Made by a program: the position numbers and the translations under genes. A stretch of 64,000 bases of DNA from positions 1,341 to 65,340 of the forward strand of contig JAGLWU010000021.1 of the NCBI GenBank assembly GCA_023133275.1, given 5' to 3'. Under the pieces are notes generated by a model. It saw only the letters and a list, made by a program, of their open reading frames with translations. It did no database searches and was not told the origin of the DNA. The stretch's first letter is position 1, and the number at the start of each line of letters is the position of its first letter. This DNA is from Candidatus Moraniibacteriota bacterium (GTDB taxonomy: Bacteria; Patescibacteriota; Minisyncoccia; Moranbacterales; GCA-2747515). Positions 40,149 to 51,213 of this stretch are shown here, piece after piece.

Positions 40149-40865
40149 TTACTTCATCACCTGATTTTTCCAATCCTTCGGCATTTTCTCAATCGCATAA
40201 CGCAGAGCCGTTCGAGGCATAATTTTCTTATTTTTCAAAACAAAATCAAAAACTTCCTGAGAATAAATATTAGCTGCTTCTTTCAAAGTCCAACCATAAC
40301 CTTTTTGAACAAGATCGTCTTCATCTTGAATATCAATAAAATATTGCGAAACTTCAAAAATATTTTTTAAATAAATTTTTTCTTTTTGCTTTATGGAATG
40401 AATAAAAATAATACTCGCCGCCCGTCTCACCCAACGATTTTTTGACCTTCTCCATTTTTCAGTTTTCAATAAAAGTTCTGGAAAGGTAAAAATTAATTCG
40501 CCAAAAGCGTGCGTGCAAAAATCATCACATTTACTCCAAGTGTTTACATATTTTTTCAACCAATTTTCAAAAATAATAAAATCTGACTTTTTAAATTCGT
40601 CTTTTTTCTTTCTCGCCCAAGTAAAAGTGATTGTTGATTCTTCTAAATAATTTGATTTTAAAAGTTCTTCGCAAAGATTAAAAATTTCTTTTTTATTTAA
40701 ATCTTTTATTTTTTTCCAATGTTTGCTGGCAATTTTCCGCACAATTCCAGCACGCACACCATAAAGTTCAATCGGTTCTTTGAAAAATCTTTCTAAACCT
40801 TTCTTGTATTCTAAATCAATATTTTCTTTTAATTCTTTCCGAACTTTTTGTAAGTTTTTTTTCAT
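40149..40865 (-). CDS. AlkD-like DNA alkylation repair protein
   Basis: W..CD, SKNRWVRRA, VQKGYGWTLKE, MPRTALRYAIEK. Confidence 0.88.
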   Translation of the reverse strand: MKKNLQKVRKELKENIDLEYKKGLERFFKEPIELYGVRAGIVRKIASKHWKKIKDLNKKEIFNLCEELLKSNYLEESTITFTWARKKKDEFKKSDFIIFENWLKKYVNTWSKCDDFCTHAFGELIFTFPELLLKTEKWRRSKNRWVRRAASIIFIHSIKQKEKIYLKNIFEVSQYFIDIQDEDDLVQKGYGWTLKEAANIYSQEVFDFVLKNKKIMPRTALRYAIEKMPKDWKNQVMK

Positions 40866-40880
40866 TTTACCTAAAATAAT

Positions 40881-41790
40881 TTAGTTTATTTTAAACTTAG
40901 GACGCTTTTTTCTTTTAAAATAAACTTCTTCATCTAATTTTGGCAATTCAACAATACCTTTCTCTAACTCTACATTATTTTTCTCCTCATTATTATCAAC
41001 ATCAAATATCTTTCTTTGAATAAAATCTAATCTTTTTAAATCTAAAGTATTTGAAGACTTAATTGCAGCCACCATACTTTCACACAAATCTTCATTTGGA
41101 CTTATTTTAGCATAATCACTTATACGTCTATCGGAATCTTGACATTCGTAAATTTGTCTCGCCCCCCCCTTCTAATAATATTGGAACTTCTAGTTCTTTC
41201 CATCCAAAAGCATCTTTCCAATCATTTATTAATTGTTTGGAAAAATTATGCGATAGCTCATGAATCAAAGTTCCCTCAAAATTAGAAGCCTCTGGAATTC
41301 TATGAGGTTCAAAACTTTTTCCTGCTGGATAAATTTTTAATGAATTACACTTTTCCCAATTTTGCCCATTCATATCACTGCCAATATTTGGATTTATCTG
41401 CTGAATATTATCTAATAATATATATTTAATTTTTGACAAAGGATTTTCATCTTTCATTCTTGCAAATGCTTCGATTATATCTTCCAACTCTTGAATATGT
41501 CTACTTTCTAAAGTATTAGAAAAATTATATAATTCAATAGTACCAAAACTAGTTTTAATAATTATTTTTTCTCTTGGCTCACCTTTTTCTTTCCAGTAAT
41601 CTTGTAACCACCAGTTGTTTTCTTTTAATTTTTCAATAACTTTTTTCTCTATAATTTTTCTAGGATCATCTGCGTCAGAAAAAATTTCAATAACATTTAA
41701 ATCATCTTTGTCTTCAAAAACTTCCACTAGTTCTGGTTTGTATTTTTCTATAACTACATTTTCCATGCGTCTTTCTAAAATTTCATTCAT
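40881..41790 (-). pseudogene. HExxH zinc metallopeptidase-like gene frameshifted at a G8 tract
   Basis: HELSH in 41128..41790. Removing one G from the tract at 41162-41169 joins it to SDYAKISPNEDLCES and ORF 40881..41087 (302 aa). Confidence 0.75.
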
Positions 41791-41804
41791 AAATCAAAAA
41801 TTAT

Positions 41805-44012
41805 TCATTTCCCCACAACCACAATCACATCAACCCCATACTTCTTCGCAACATCATCAGACTCCTCCAACCTAACCTCGCCATACCCACTCGAAATATT
41901 TTTAGCCAGCACCATAACCTCTTTATCCAAACCACTTTTATAATAAACCACCACACCCGCAACATTATTATTAGCATTAGCAGCAGTCTTAATTTGATAA
42001 TTTTTATTCTTAAAAATATTCGTCAAATCACCAGCAATACCAGATTTAGCACCACCATTTAAAACCTGAACTGAAATTTCAGATGGAATCACCAAATCAT
42101 TCGCATCACTCTCAGCTTTATCATTATCATCTTCAACACTTTCACTATCTGGATTGTTAGAATCAACATTCGATTGATCGTCATTTTCATTCGTCTTTTC
42201 ATTCTCATCAACTTCCTTTTCAACCTCATTATCAGTTTCATTATCTGTTTCCTCTTGATTATCTGACGCTAACAAATCATTAATGGAAGACTTATTCGTT
42301 GACAACTCATTACTCATTCCATACTGATAAAACCACCAAGCAACCAAACCCAACAACCCAATTATAACTACAATGAAAATTTTAATTTTAAAATTGATCG
42401 CTCGCACTTCATCTTGCATAGCATCATCAAAAGCATCATCGTCTTCATGCATCCACCTAATATCCATACCTCTCTTCGGTACACCACCATTCACAGATTG
42501 CTGTTGATTTCTCAAATCAATGTTGCGAGAAGATTTTTCTCTATTTAAATTTTCCGTTGATCTAACTGTTGAAGATTTTGTAGAATCACGAAAATTAGAC
42601 TCCCTATTATTCACACTCTTTCTTTCAGAAATATTTTGTTCAGCCATTTGCGAAACATTTTTACCATCTTCACCTTTTACATTAACTTTTATTTGATTTA
42701 AAAATGATTTTTTTTGAACACTTTTTTTACCCTGATTCTCGAAATAATTTTTGTTTTGCATAAACGTATTTTTAAAAACTTTTTTAGGTCTTGGTGGTAC
42801 CATTATAACATTTCCCGAGATTAATGTATACGGCGGATTTATTTTATTTTTATAAATCAACTCTTTCCAAGAAATTCCGTATCGGTAAGACACACTCATT
42901 ATATTATCGTTCTGTTTAATTTTATATTTAACCCAAGAAATTCCACCCACCACATTACTCAAATCCTCTTTTTTTCTCCACATCATAATTAAAGCAAAAG
43001 ACAAAATTAAAAGAACTGCAATAATTTCTCTCACAGGAATTATAAAATATGTAATTTTTTCACTAACAAACTCTTGAACTTTTTCTCCTTCACCCATTTT
43101 AATTCCACCTAATATCTCAACTTTACCAAACCACGGCATCAACACCTTAATATTATAAATATTACTTTCACCCGCTTTAGTTATCACATCCAGTTTGTAA
43201 AATTTTTCTTTATCAGAAGATTTTACTTTTACAAAAGTCTGATGACTTACTTCTAAATTATCATCACCGTCAACAACAAATTCAGCCAAATGTTCTTCTC
43301 TCCTACCCGCCTTCCACCAAGGAATAATATTAAACAAAGAAAAAGATCTTTTAAATGTAAAAGATTCAAATTTTACTTCACCAACTTCAACTTTTTCCAC
43401 TGGAATTTGATAAATTAATTTTTCTTGAGCTAAAACTTTATCATCATATTTATCTTCTAAAACTGCCGTAACGTATGCTTGATGATTTTGTGCATCCTGA
43501 GAAATTTTAATAGTGAAAGGAATGTGTTCTGACGTACCTGCTTTTACAGTTAACGTTGTACTTCGATCGCCCTCGCACCATTTTTTTAAAGCTTTGTCAT
43601 CAAAAGCCTTATCATTATTCGCTTTATTTTCATCGCATAGAATAGTAATATTACCACCATTATCTTTTAATAAATTTTGGTATTTTTCTGGCGGTGCATC
43701 GAAATAAAAAAGTGTATTAAAAAATAAATCATTACCTTCTTTCGCTTTCATTGTTTCGACTAAAGTGGTTTTTTCATCTGGAGCAATAAATAAGACAATG
43801 TCAATGTCGTCTTCGCTTTTATTGTGAACAATTAATTCTCCTGTGTGCTGACTGTCTGGCGAAACGGAAAAAATTAAATCTTTGAATTTATTGGTTCCTG
43901 ATTTTATTTCTATTTTTTCGTTTTCTGCGAGTGCAAAATTGTTATTTAGTAAACAGAAAATGAAAAGAAAAATGATGAAAGTATTTGAAAGATATTTTTG
44001 AATTTTAAACAT
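41805..44012 (-). CDS. Membrane protein with LysM and C-terminal LytR_C-like domains
   Basis: YKIKQNDNI..VS..YGISWKEL...N (LysM); VQVLNG...GIAG and DVIVVVG (LytR_C). Confidence 0.8.
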   Translation of the reverse strand: MFKIQKYLSNTFIIFLFIFCLLNNNFALAENEKIEIKSGTNKFKDLIFSVSPDSQHTGELIVHNKSEDDIDIVLFIAPDEKTTLVETMKAKEGNDLFFNTLFYFDAPPEKYQNLLKDNGGNITILCDENKANNDKAFDDKALKKWCEGDRSTTLTVKAGTSEHIPFTIKISQDAQNHQAYVTAVLEDKYDDKVLAQEKLIYQIPVEKVEVGEVKFESFTFKRSFSLFNIIPWWKAGRREEHLAEFVVDGDDNLEVSHQTFVKVKSSDKEKFYKLDVITKAGESNIYNIKVLMPWFGKVEILGGIKMGEGEKVQEFVSEKITYFIIPVREIIAVLLILSFALIMMWRKKEDLSNVVGGISWVKYKIKQNDNIMSVSYRYGISWKELIYKNKINPPYTLISGNVIMVPPRPKKVFKNTFMQNKNYFENQGKKSVQKKSFLNQIKVNVKGEDGKNVSQMAEQNISERKSVNNRESNFRDSTKSSTVRSTENLNREKSSRNIDLRNQQQSVNGGVPKRGMDIRWMHEDDDAFDDAMQDEVRAINFKIKIFIVVIIGLLGLVAWWFYQYGMSNELSTNKSSINDLLASDNQEETDNETDNEVEKEVDENEKTNENDDQSNVDSNNPDSESVEDDNDKAESDANDLVIPSEISVQVLNGGAKSGIAGDLTNIFKNKNYQIKTAANANNNVAGVVVYYKSGLDKEVMVLAKNISSGYGEVRLEESDDVAKKYGVDVIVVVGK

Positions 44013-44121
44013 ATTTAAATAAGTTTATTTTGATAAAAAAATTTTAAACGACTTATTTAAATAATAGTTTATAAATTGCCTTTTGTAAATTTATTTAAAG
44101 TTTTAAATCAAAAAATTCTAC

Positions 44122-44156
44122 TTGACATAATAATAATAATAATAATAATGTAAACT
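44122..44156 (+). promoter_or_regulatory. (TAA)n-spacer promoter copy 2, n=7, 23-bp spacer
   Basis: TTGACA-(TAA)7-TG-TAAACT. Confidence 0.7.
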
Positions 44157-44236
44157 TAATTGTTAGTTTCTGATTAAATAATCAGAGTAAAAAAATTCTA
44201 ACTTTATTATTCTCTTTAAATAAATTGGAGAAAGTC

Positions 44237-44374
44237 ATGAGAATGAAAGAAATGAGAGAATTAATCATTGTATTGCTTTGTCTATCAATACTATTCTTTT
44301 ATAAGGAAAACGATACTAATCCACCTAATACTACAACAAAAAAAATATTCAACTCTCGCACATCAAATAAGTAA
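44237..44374 (+). CDS. 45-aa ORFan with hydrophobic N-terminal helix, behind promoter copy 2
   Basis: GGAG SD; MRMKEMRELIIVLLCLSILFFYKENDTNPPNTTTKKIFNSRTSNK. Confidence 0.6.
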   Translation: MRMKEMRELIIVLLCLSILFFYKENDTNPPNTTTKKIFNSRTSNK

Positions 44375-44378
44375 AACA

Positions 44379-44418
44379 AGCCTAAAGCATATAGATATTA
44401 TGCTTTAGGTTCTTTTTT
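44379..44418 (+). terminator. Intrinsic terminator
   Basis: AGCCTAAAGCATA-7 nt-TATGCTTTAGGTT then T run. Confidence 0.8.
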
Positions 44419-44437
44419 ATTAAAAAAGAAAAATTAT

Positions 44438-45400
44438 TTAACCTCTCAAAACTGCAAAAAGAATATAAGCCACATAAAGCAAAACAAAAAATATACCTTG
44501 CGATTTCTCCAAAACTTTCTTTTTCCCAATAAACATAAAAACAAAAAGAATAACGCTAACCAAAACTAAAAACAACGCATCAATAATATTATCCCCAGTA
44601 AACGCCAAATCCCCCACTGTTGCCGTAACACCCAAAGCAAAAAGAGCATTAAAAATACAACTACCCACAATTCCACCAACTACCAAATCAACATGACCTT
44701 TCCTCGCACCTATCGCTGACATAACAATTTCTGGCAAAGATGTTCCAATCGCCACAATCGTTAAACCAATTAAATTTTCAGAAATATTCAAAGAAACCGC
44801 GATCTCTGTCGCAGCTGAAACAACAAAATTTCCACCCAAAACTAACGCAAAAATTCCACCAATTGTATAAAAAATTGATTTAACTAAACTGATATTTTCT
44901 ATTTCATCACCATTCTCACCAGATTTTTCCACGCTTGCTAAACCAAAAGTATAAACAATAAACAAAATAAAAAATCCCAGCAGAGCCAAACCATCAATTC
45001 TAGTAATTACATTTTCTCCCACACCCTCAATAAATCGATCACTTCCAAAAATAAAAATCATTATCGCCGCCAATAAAGAAAAAGGAATCTCCTTCCAAAC
45101 CGTTCGCTTTTCAATCGATAACGGAACAATAATTGCCGAAATCCCAAGTCCCAACAAAATATTAATAACATTACTTCCCAAAATATTTCCAATAGAAAGT
45201 TCTGTCGATCCTTTCAAAACCGCACTAACATTTACAAATAATTCCGGTGCCGAAGTCCCAATCGCCACGATCGTCAATCCAACCACAAAAGCCGACATCC
45301 CCAATTTTACCGCAATCGACGCCGCTCCTTTAACAAAATAATCCGCTCCTTTAATTAAAATTCCAAAAGAAATTAAAACTATAATAATATTCAACAACAT
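44438..45400 (-). CDS. Ca2+/Na+ (cation:H+) antiporter, YrbG-like
   Basis: Two alpha repeats GTSAPEL and GTSLPEI; GNILGSN. Confidence 0.92.
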   Translation of the reverse strand: MLLNIIIVLISFGILIKGADYFVKGAASIAVKLGMSAFVVGLTIVAIGTSAPELFVNVSAVLKGSTELSIGNILGSNVINILLGLGISAIIVPLSIEKRTVWKEIPFSLLAAIMIFIFGSDRFIEGVGENVITRIDGLALLGFFILFIVYTFGLASVEKSGENGDEIENISLVKSIFYTIGGIFALVLGGNFVVSAATEIAVSLNISENLIGLTIVAIGTSLPEIVMSAIGARKGHVDLVVGGIVGSCIFNALFALGVTATVGDLAFTGDNIIDALFLVLVSVILFVFMFIGKKKVLEKSQGIFFVLLYVAYILFAVLRG

Positions 45401-45429
45401 ATTTTATTTTATAAATTAAAAATTAAATT

Positions 45430-45813
45430 GTGCTCGCCGCACGGGCTTTTCTGAACAAGGGGTCATAACCCCTTGTTTAACCCCTACAAAATTATACGAC
45501 CCCCCGACCTGTCATTCCGAAAAATATATTTTCTTTCAGAGCGTAGTGATGAACTAGAAAATAATTTATCCGGAATCTATACTTTAAGATTAAAGAAAAT
45601 TTAAAATACAATACACTTCCTAAATTCCGGATAATTTTTTAAGTTTTTCGTAGAAAAATTTAAAAAATTTCCAAAGTGACAAGAGGGAAAGCATCAGAAA
45701 AACTTATTAGGATTTCTGTCTGCCTGTTGCAATAGGTAGACTTCACTTCTTTATTTTTTCTTACGAAAAAATAAATCCGCCTATCTGCCAACAAAGGCAA
45801 GTTTAGAATGACA
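45430..45813 (+). repeat. Nested repeat cluster (A, B, C-type arms, CTGCC..GGCA mini-hairpins)
   Basis: A 45430; B 45454; TGTCATTCCG..ATCCGGAATCT; GTCTGCCTGTT-gc-AATAGGTAGAC; ..TAGAATGACA. Confidence 0.8.
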
Positions 45814-45879
45814 TGAAGTTTCAAAGTTTTAAATAAAATTTAACAAAATCAATAACAAAAAACAACCTTTCCAAAAAAT

Positions 45880-47790
45880 CTACTCCTTTTCAACTTGCTT
45901 AATCATATCACGAACCCCTGCAAAATCAATTTCCTTTTTAGAATTAGAAAACTTTTTCGGCTCCATGTGTTGCATCTGAGAAAAATTCAAAGGCTTATCT
46001 TTTGAAACATAAACATTTTCCTTAACTTCCTCATTTTGATTCAAATTATCGCCAGTATTTTCCCCTTGCCCTTTTCTTGAATCACCTTTTTTAACATCAT
46101 CATTCTGATCTTGATTTTTAGTTTCTTTAACTTTAGCAACTGCCCTTTGATAATCTTTCAAACAATCCTTACAAAAAACTGGACGCTTTCCATCTGGTTT
46201 AAACGGAATTTCAATTGCCTCATCACAAGTATCACAATTAACTGGATAAAATTGTCGTTTAGGTTTTTGGACTTCAGTTTTTCTCTCTTCTCGAAGATCT
46301 CTTCGCTTTTCTGAAAAATTAGAATTTGAATTATCATTTGGAGTTTGTCGCGAAACCACTTTAGGCTTTTCATAAACTTTTCGTTCTGAAACTTGAGGCT
46401 TTGAAAATTTTGGAGTAAATTTCTTTGGTTTTGAATTTCTGGAAAAATCTCTGGTCTCTTTTACTCTTGAGCTTGAATATTGTCGATCTTCTCGTGAACT
46501 CGCCAAATCATCTTCTGATAACATCCCACTACTACGAGCAATTTTTTCCTCGACTTCTTTTCTAGGAGTTGCATATTTTTCTCGAGAAAGTTGAATAATC
46601 TGTTCCGTGCTATCTGATTCCAATCTTTCAATTGGTGGCAAAGTCGTCGCACTGAAAGCATCTCCAGCAATTCCATCAATCATCAATTTAAGATAAATAT
46701 TATACTTCGGCAAATTCACAATATCATTCATCATAAAAACTGGTTCAAATTCTTTTTCTAAAAATTCTGCATCAAACGCTCCGACCCGAAAAGAAACAAT
46801 CGTTCCCGCATTACCAAAAATAGCATCTCGAACCGTTTCATCCAACTGAGTAATATACTGATTCGCTAAAATTAAATTCAAGCGATATTTACGAGCCTCT
46901 GAAAGAATGTTCGCAAAAGATTCTGTCGCAAAGTTTTGAAACTCATCAACGTAAAGATAAAAATCTTTTCGATCTTCCTCAGGAGTGTCTACCCGACCCA
47001 TCGCTGCCAACTGAATTTTAGTAATAATCATCGCTCCAATCAACGCACTGTTATCCTCCCCAATCCGTCCTTTTGACAAATTCATAATGAGAATTTTTTT
47101 GTCATCCATTATTGTTCGCAAATCAAAAGCTGATTTATTCTGACCAACAACATTTCGAATTACTGGACTGGTCAAAAACTGTCCAACTTTATTTTGAATT
47201 GGAGAAATAACTTCTTGTAAAACACGCTCATTCCATTGCGGAAATTCGTCTACCCAAAAAGAACGTACTACTGGATCAGTGATTTTACTCGATACTCTTT
47301 TCCGATAATTTTTATCTACTAAAATACGCATCACTCCCAATAAATTACTTCCAGGATATTCTAAAAGTGCTAAAAGTGCATTTCGTAAAATATATTCCAA
47401 ACGAGGACCCCATGAATCTGCCCACAATTTTTGAAAAACTCCAATTAAGCCTGATGCAACTAATGGACGAAATTCTGGAGCGACTTTTTCCATCACGTTA
47501 AAAGCTAGTGGAAAATCTTGATCAGCGGGATTGAAATAAATTACATCATCTAATCGATCGCTCGGAATCATACTGATTAATTTTTCTGCTGTATCTCCAT
47601 GTGGATCGACAAAAGCTACTCCGTGTCCGTTGCGAATATCTTGAATTGCCATGTTTTCTAAAAGGTTGGTTTTACCCATACCTGTTTTTCCGATTGCGTA
47701 AAAATGTCGACGTCGATCATCGGTTTTTATTCCAAAGGTTGCTTCTTTGTTTCTAAAATTTGTTTTTGCAAATGCGATTACTTCTGACAT
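45880..47790 (-). CDS. VirD4/TraG/HerA-like ATPase with C-terminal CxxC-x17-CxxC domain
   Basis: GKTGMGKT Walker A, DPHGD, YVDEFQNF, EARKY; CDTC..IPFKPDGKRPVFCKDC. Confidence 0.88.
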   Translation of the reverse strand: MSEVIAFAKTNFRNKEATFGIKTDDRRRHFYAIGKTGMGKTNLLENMAIQDIRNGHGVAFVDPHGDTAEKLISMIPSDRLDDVIYFNPADQDFPLAFNVMEKVAPEFRPLVASGLIGVFQKLWADSWGPRLEYILRNALLALLEYPGSNLLGVMRILVDKNYRKRVSSKITDPVVRSFWVDEFPQWNERVLQEVISPIQNKVGQFLTSPVIRNVVGQNKSAFDLRTIMDDKKILIMNLSKGRIGEDNSALIGAMIITKIQLAAMGRVDTPEEDRKDFYLYVDEFQNFATESFANILSEARKYRLNLILANQYITQLDETVRDAIFGNAGTIVSFRVGAFDAEFLEKEFEPVFMMNDIVNLPKYNIYLKLMIDGIAGDAFSATTLPPIERLESDSTEQIIQLSREKYATPRKEVEEKIARSSGMLSEDDLASSREDRQYSSSRVKETRDFSRNSKPKKFTPKFSKPQVSERKVYEKPKVVSRQTPNDNSNSNFSEKRRDLREERKTEVQKPKRQFYPVNCDTCDEAIEIPFKPDGKRPVFCKDCLKDYQRAVAKVKETKNQDQNDDVKKGDSRKGQGENTGDNLNQNEEVKENVYVSKDKPLNFSQMQHMEPKKFSNSKKEIDFAGVRDMIKQVEKE

Positions 47791-47799
47791 ATTTTTGTT

Positions 47800-48231
47800 T
47801 TAACTAAGGATAAAATTATTTAATAAATAAATTTCTAATTGTTTTATTAAAAACCCCAAACAAATCATTAAAGACAAAATAAAAGAATAAAAATAAGATT
47901 TACAGAAAAAATGTTTTAAATTTTTATCTTTATAGTCAACAAATAATAAAGATAGTGAACCAAACAAAACAATAGGAGATAAATAAAAAAATATTACAAA
48001 AAATATAAGCCCTAAATCCAAATAATTTATGAATTTTTCAATTGCAAAATTATTACAATACATATAATTACTATCGCTTCCAAATTCTAAATAACATCTT
48101 CCTTTTTCAAATGCAAAATTAAAAATAAATAAACTACCTAATGATAAAAGTAATCCTGTAGTATAAAAAATACTAATTATATTTAAAAGTCTCTTGGTAT
48201 TTTTTTTCTTAAGTCTTTCTTTAAATTTCAT
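47800..48231 (-). CDS. Hypothetical membrane protein
   Basis: Three hydrophobic segments; very AT-rich. Confidence 0.55.
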   Translation of the reverse strand: MKFKERLKKKNTKRLLNIISIFYTTGLLLSLGSLFIFNFAFEKGRCYLEFGSDSNYMYCNNFAIEKFINYLDLGLIFFVIFFYLSPIVLFGSLSLLFVDYKDKNLKHFFCKSYFYSFILSLMICLGFLIKQLEIYLLNNFILS

Positions 48232-48274
48232 AAAACAAAAATTTTAAAATTAATCAAGTAATTATACCCCAAAA

Positions 48275-49546
48275 TTAAGTCGTCGGCAAGTTAGTCGGGG
48301 CACCACCACGGCGAGCAGAAGAAAACTGAACACTCGGCGACACAATCGACATATCTGGCAAATGAAAAACCGTCGCCAACTCAGTCGTACTCAAATGAAA
48401 AGTTACCCCCGAATCATCCCGATCACGATACCGCTCCAAAATCCGCCTCATTCGAGAACCTTTCCGAGCATCAACATTCACATAATCCGCATAAGTCTTA
48501 CTTCTATCTACAGGAATAAATTGATTAGTATGATTATCTGAAAATTCTTTAAGCATCGCACTTGCTCCTGCCACATTAATCATTGAAAAATTTTCCTTAC
48601 GTCCAATGCAAAGTATTCTTGCCTTTACTGAAAACATCGACTTCGCAATATTTTCCTCCAAAGACGCAAGAGTTTGTTTTTCACCCGGAGTCAATCTAAA
48701 TTCAAGAGGTTGTTCATCAGTCGCTGGAGATTCTAAAGAAGAAAATTCCACTGGACCAAAAAGAGCTGGGAAAATATTTTTAACAATTTCCTTAACGTCA
48801 TAAAAAAAACGATCAAAAAAACCAAACTTTTCATTATTCTTTCCAAGAAATTCATCAACTGTTGTTTTCCCCCATTCATCAAACCATTGTGGTCTATCTG
48901 GCTGAACTACGTATTGTAACCAAAGATGCTGATTCGGTCCTAAAGTACTAATAATTTCCATATAATTTGCCAAAGGATCAATCATTTTCCCCGTAACATC
49001 CTCATCAAAATATTTATAAGTTTTAATTGGATAAGCATCATCTTTTAATAACGTCCAATCTGCTCCCCAAAGTGTCCACTCATCATTCGGAATTAAAGCA
49101 GGAATATTACCAGTATAATCATCCACCTGAAAAATTTCAACTCCTTGATATTGAGCGTACAAAGCACTTTCCACTAAATCCCGAAAAAAAGCTGGCGTAC
49201 GAATATAAAAATGAGCCGCTCCTTCAGACCCCACAAGTTCCAAACTAAAATAAGGATTCATTTTTCCTAAAGCATATTGAGCAAATTTATTCATTCCAGC
49301 ATCAGTCGCCGCCAATGCGTTAAAAAAACCTTCCATTATTTTTGGACTTTTTTCGACATCTTGAGGCGGAATAATTTCTAAAAGAATATCATTCTGCGTC
49401 ATCAACCAACCAATCGCTGCATGTCGTCCCCACAAATTTTTAAAAAGAAACCATGAAAACGTTGGTAAAATTAAAAACCAAACTTTTCCAAAAATTAAAA
49501 ATATTCGAATAAAAAAATCAAAAAATGACGATAGCTCGCTAAACAT
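48275..49546 (-). CDS. Hypothetical membrane-anchored protein, probable partner of the adjacent VirD4-like ATPase
   Basis: FSLE, YPIKTY, ELATVFHLP, P.NLP motifs as recalled for this CPR family. Confidence 0.7.
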   Translation of the reverse strand: MFSELSSFFDFFIRIFLIFGKVWFLILPTFSWFLFKNLWGRHAAIGWLMTQNDILLEIIPPQDVEKSPKIMEGFFNALAATDAGMNKFAQYALGKMNPYFSLELVGSEGAAHFYIRTPAFFRDLVESALYAQYQGVEIFQVDDYTGNIPALIPNDEWTLWGADWTLLKDDAYPIKTYKYFDEDVTGKMIDPLANYMEIISTLGPNQHLWLQYVVQPDRPQWFDEWGKTTVDEFLGKNNEKFGFFDRFFYDVKEIVKNIFPALFGPVEFSSLESPATDEQPLEFRLTPGEKQTLASLEENIAKSMFSVKARILCIGRKENFSMINVAGASAMLKEFSDNHTNQFIPVDRSKTYADYVNVDARKGSRMRRILERYRDRDDSGVTFHLSTTELATVFHLPDMSIVSPSVQFSSARRGGAPTNLPTT

Positions 49547-49751
49547 CTATTTTTATTTTAATTTAACTTAAATCTAAATTTATTATACAACATTTTTAAC
49601 AATTAGTAGAGCCACAATTTGTAAAAACGTTTTACCAAAATGTTTCTACTTGTCTATTTTCAAAAAAACCTTATAATTAAATTATTCGTAATTTATATAA
49701 ATTTAAAAGTTACGAATTTAAAAGTTATAAAATAATTATTTTAAAAAAATT

Positions 49752-51050
49752 ATGAAAAAAAATAATCCAAGTCAGAAAGAAAAAGAAACAGTTTGCGTTG
49801 TAGGTTTAGGATATGTTGGTTTGCCACTAGCAGTTCGAACAAAAGAAAAAGGATATAATGTAATCGGTTTAGAATTAGATAAAAAAAAGATTGAATTAAT
49901 AAATAAAAAACAATCGCCGATCGAAGAAGTGTATCTTTATGAAAATCTTCCTAAACATCCGATTCGAGCAACAGACAATGCAAAGGAAATAAAAAAAGCA
50001 GATATCGTTTTAATCTGCGTACCAACGCCAGTTGATGAATATTATAATCCTGATTTAACACTGGTTCAAAAATCTTGCGAAATGGTAGCTAAAAATTTAA
50101 AAAAAGGAGCCTTGGTAGTCTTAGAGTCAACAGTAAATCCGGGAGTTTCCGAGGAAGTTGTTCATCCAATTTTTGAAAGTTTCGGACATAAAATTGGTTC
50201 TGATGTTTTTATCGCCCATTGCCCCGAAAGAATTAATCCCGGTGATTCAAAATGGAATGTAACAAATATTCCACGTGTCGTCGGAGCTTTCACGCAAAAA
50301 GGATTGAAAAAATCTGTTGAATTTTACGAGGACATAATTGATGGAGAAATTCGTCCGATGAAACATATCCGTGAAGCCGAAGCTTGCAAAGTTGTAGAAA
50401 ATTCTTTTCGTGATGTAAACATTGCCTTTGTCAATGAGTTGGCAAAATCTTTTGACGCCCTTGATATTGATATTAAAGATGTGATTGATGGAGCGAGTAC
50501 GAAACCTTTTGCGTTTATGCCTCACTATCCATCTTGCGGAATTGGCGGGCATTGTATTCCAGTTGATCCTTATTATTTAATTGAGAGAGCTAAACGTGCT
50601 GGTTTTGATCATAAATTTTTGCGAACTTCTCGAGCGATTAACAACTCTATGCCAGCTTACACCGTTGAACTTTTACAGGATAAATTAAATGAAGTGAAAA
50701 TGCCTTTAAATGGAACGAACGTTGGAATTTTAGGAATTGCTTATAAGCCCAATGTAGATGATGACCGAGAATCGCCTTATTATGACATTGTAAATGCTTT
50801 GGAAAAACATGGTGCAAAAATTCATTCTTTCGACCCGCACATTAAAGAAAAATCTTCAGTGAAAACTTTAGCAACATTATTAAAAAAATCTGATGCAATA
50901 ATTCTTGTTACTAATCATAAAGAGTTTGATGAGATCAATGGAAAGTTGTTAAAGAAAAATAAGATAAAAGTTATTATTGACGGTAAAAATACTTTGAATA
51001 AAAAAGATATAGAAAAAAATGGTGTTGTTTATAAGGGGATTGGGAGATAA
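49752..51050 (+). CDS. UDP-N-acetylhexosamine (nucleotide-sugar) dehydrogenase
   Basis: GLGYVG, CVPTP, EST, PERINPG, GGHCIP, DDRESP. Confidence 0.93.
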   Translation: MKKNNPSQKEKETVCVVGLGYVGLPLAVRTKEKGYNVIGLELDKKKIELINKKQSPIEEVYLYENLPKHPIRATDNAKEIKKADIVLICVPTPVDEYYNPDLTLVQKSCEMVAKNLKKGALVVLESTVNPGVSEEVVHPIFESFGHKIGSDVFIAHCPERINPGDSKWNVTNIPRVVGAFTQKGLKKSVEFYEDIIDGEIRPMKHIREAEACKVVENSFRDVNIAFVNELAKSFDALDIDIKDVIDGASTKPFAFMPHYPSCGIGGHCIPVDPYYLIERAKRAGFDHKFLRTSRAINNSMPAYTVELLQDKLNEVKMPLNGTNVGILGIAYKPNVDDDRESPYYDIVNALEKHGAKIHSFDPHIKEKSSVKTLATLLKKSDAIILVTNHKEFDEINGKLLKKNKIKVIIDGKNTLNKKDIEKNGVVYKGIGR

Positions 51051-51070
51051 GCAAAGGAAATAATATCATA

Positions 51071-51100
51071 AGAGCAGGTTTTACAACCTGCTCTTTTTTT
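51071..51100 (+). terminator. Intrinsic terminator
   Basis: AGAGCAGGTT-ttac-AACCTGCTCT followed by a T run. Confidence 0.85.
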
Positions 51101-51213
51101 AATATTTTTAAGATAAAATTATTTATTTATAAAAGCAATTCAACTTTCTATTTATAAAAATAAAATTAAGTTTATTAGCTTCTCAAAATATTGATTTTTA
51201 AATTTTATTTAAA

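Noticed and set aside
45880-49546. Conjugative element suggested by the VirD4-like ATPase
   Set aside because: No relaxase, VirB4/mating-pair genes, integrase or att sites in the window; this gene type is a common chromosomal CPR feature.
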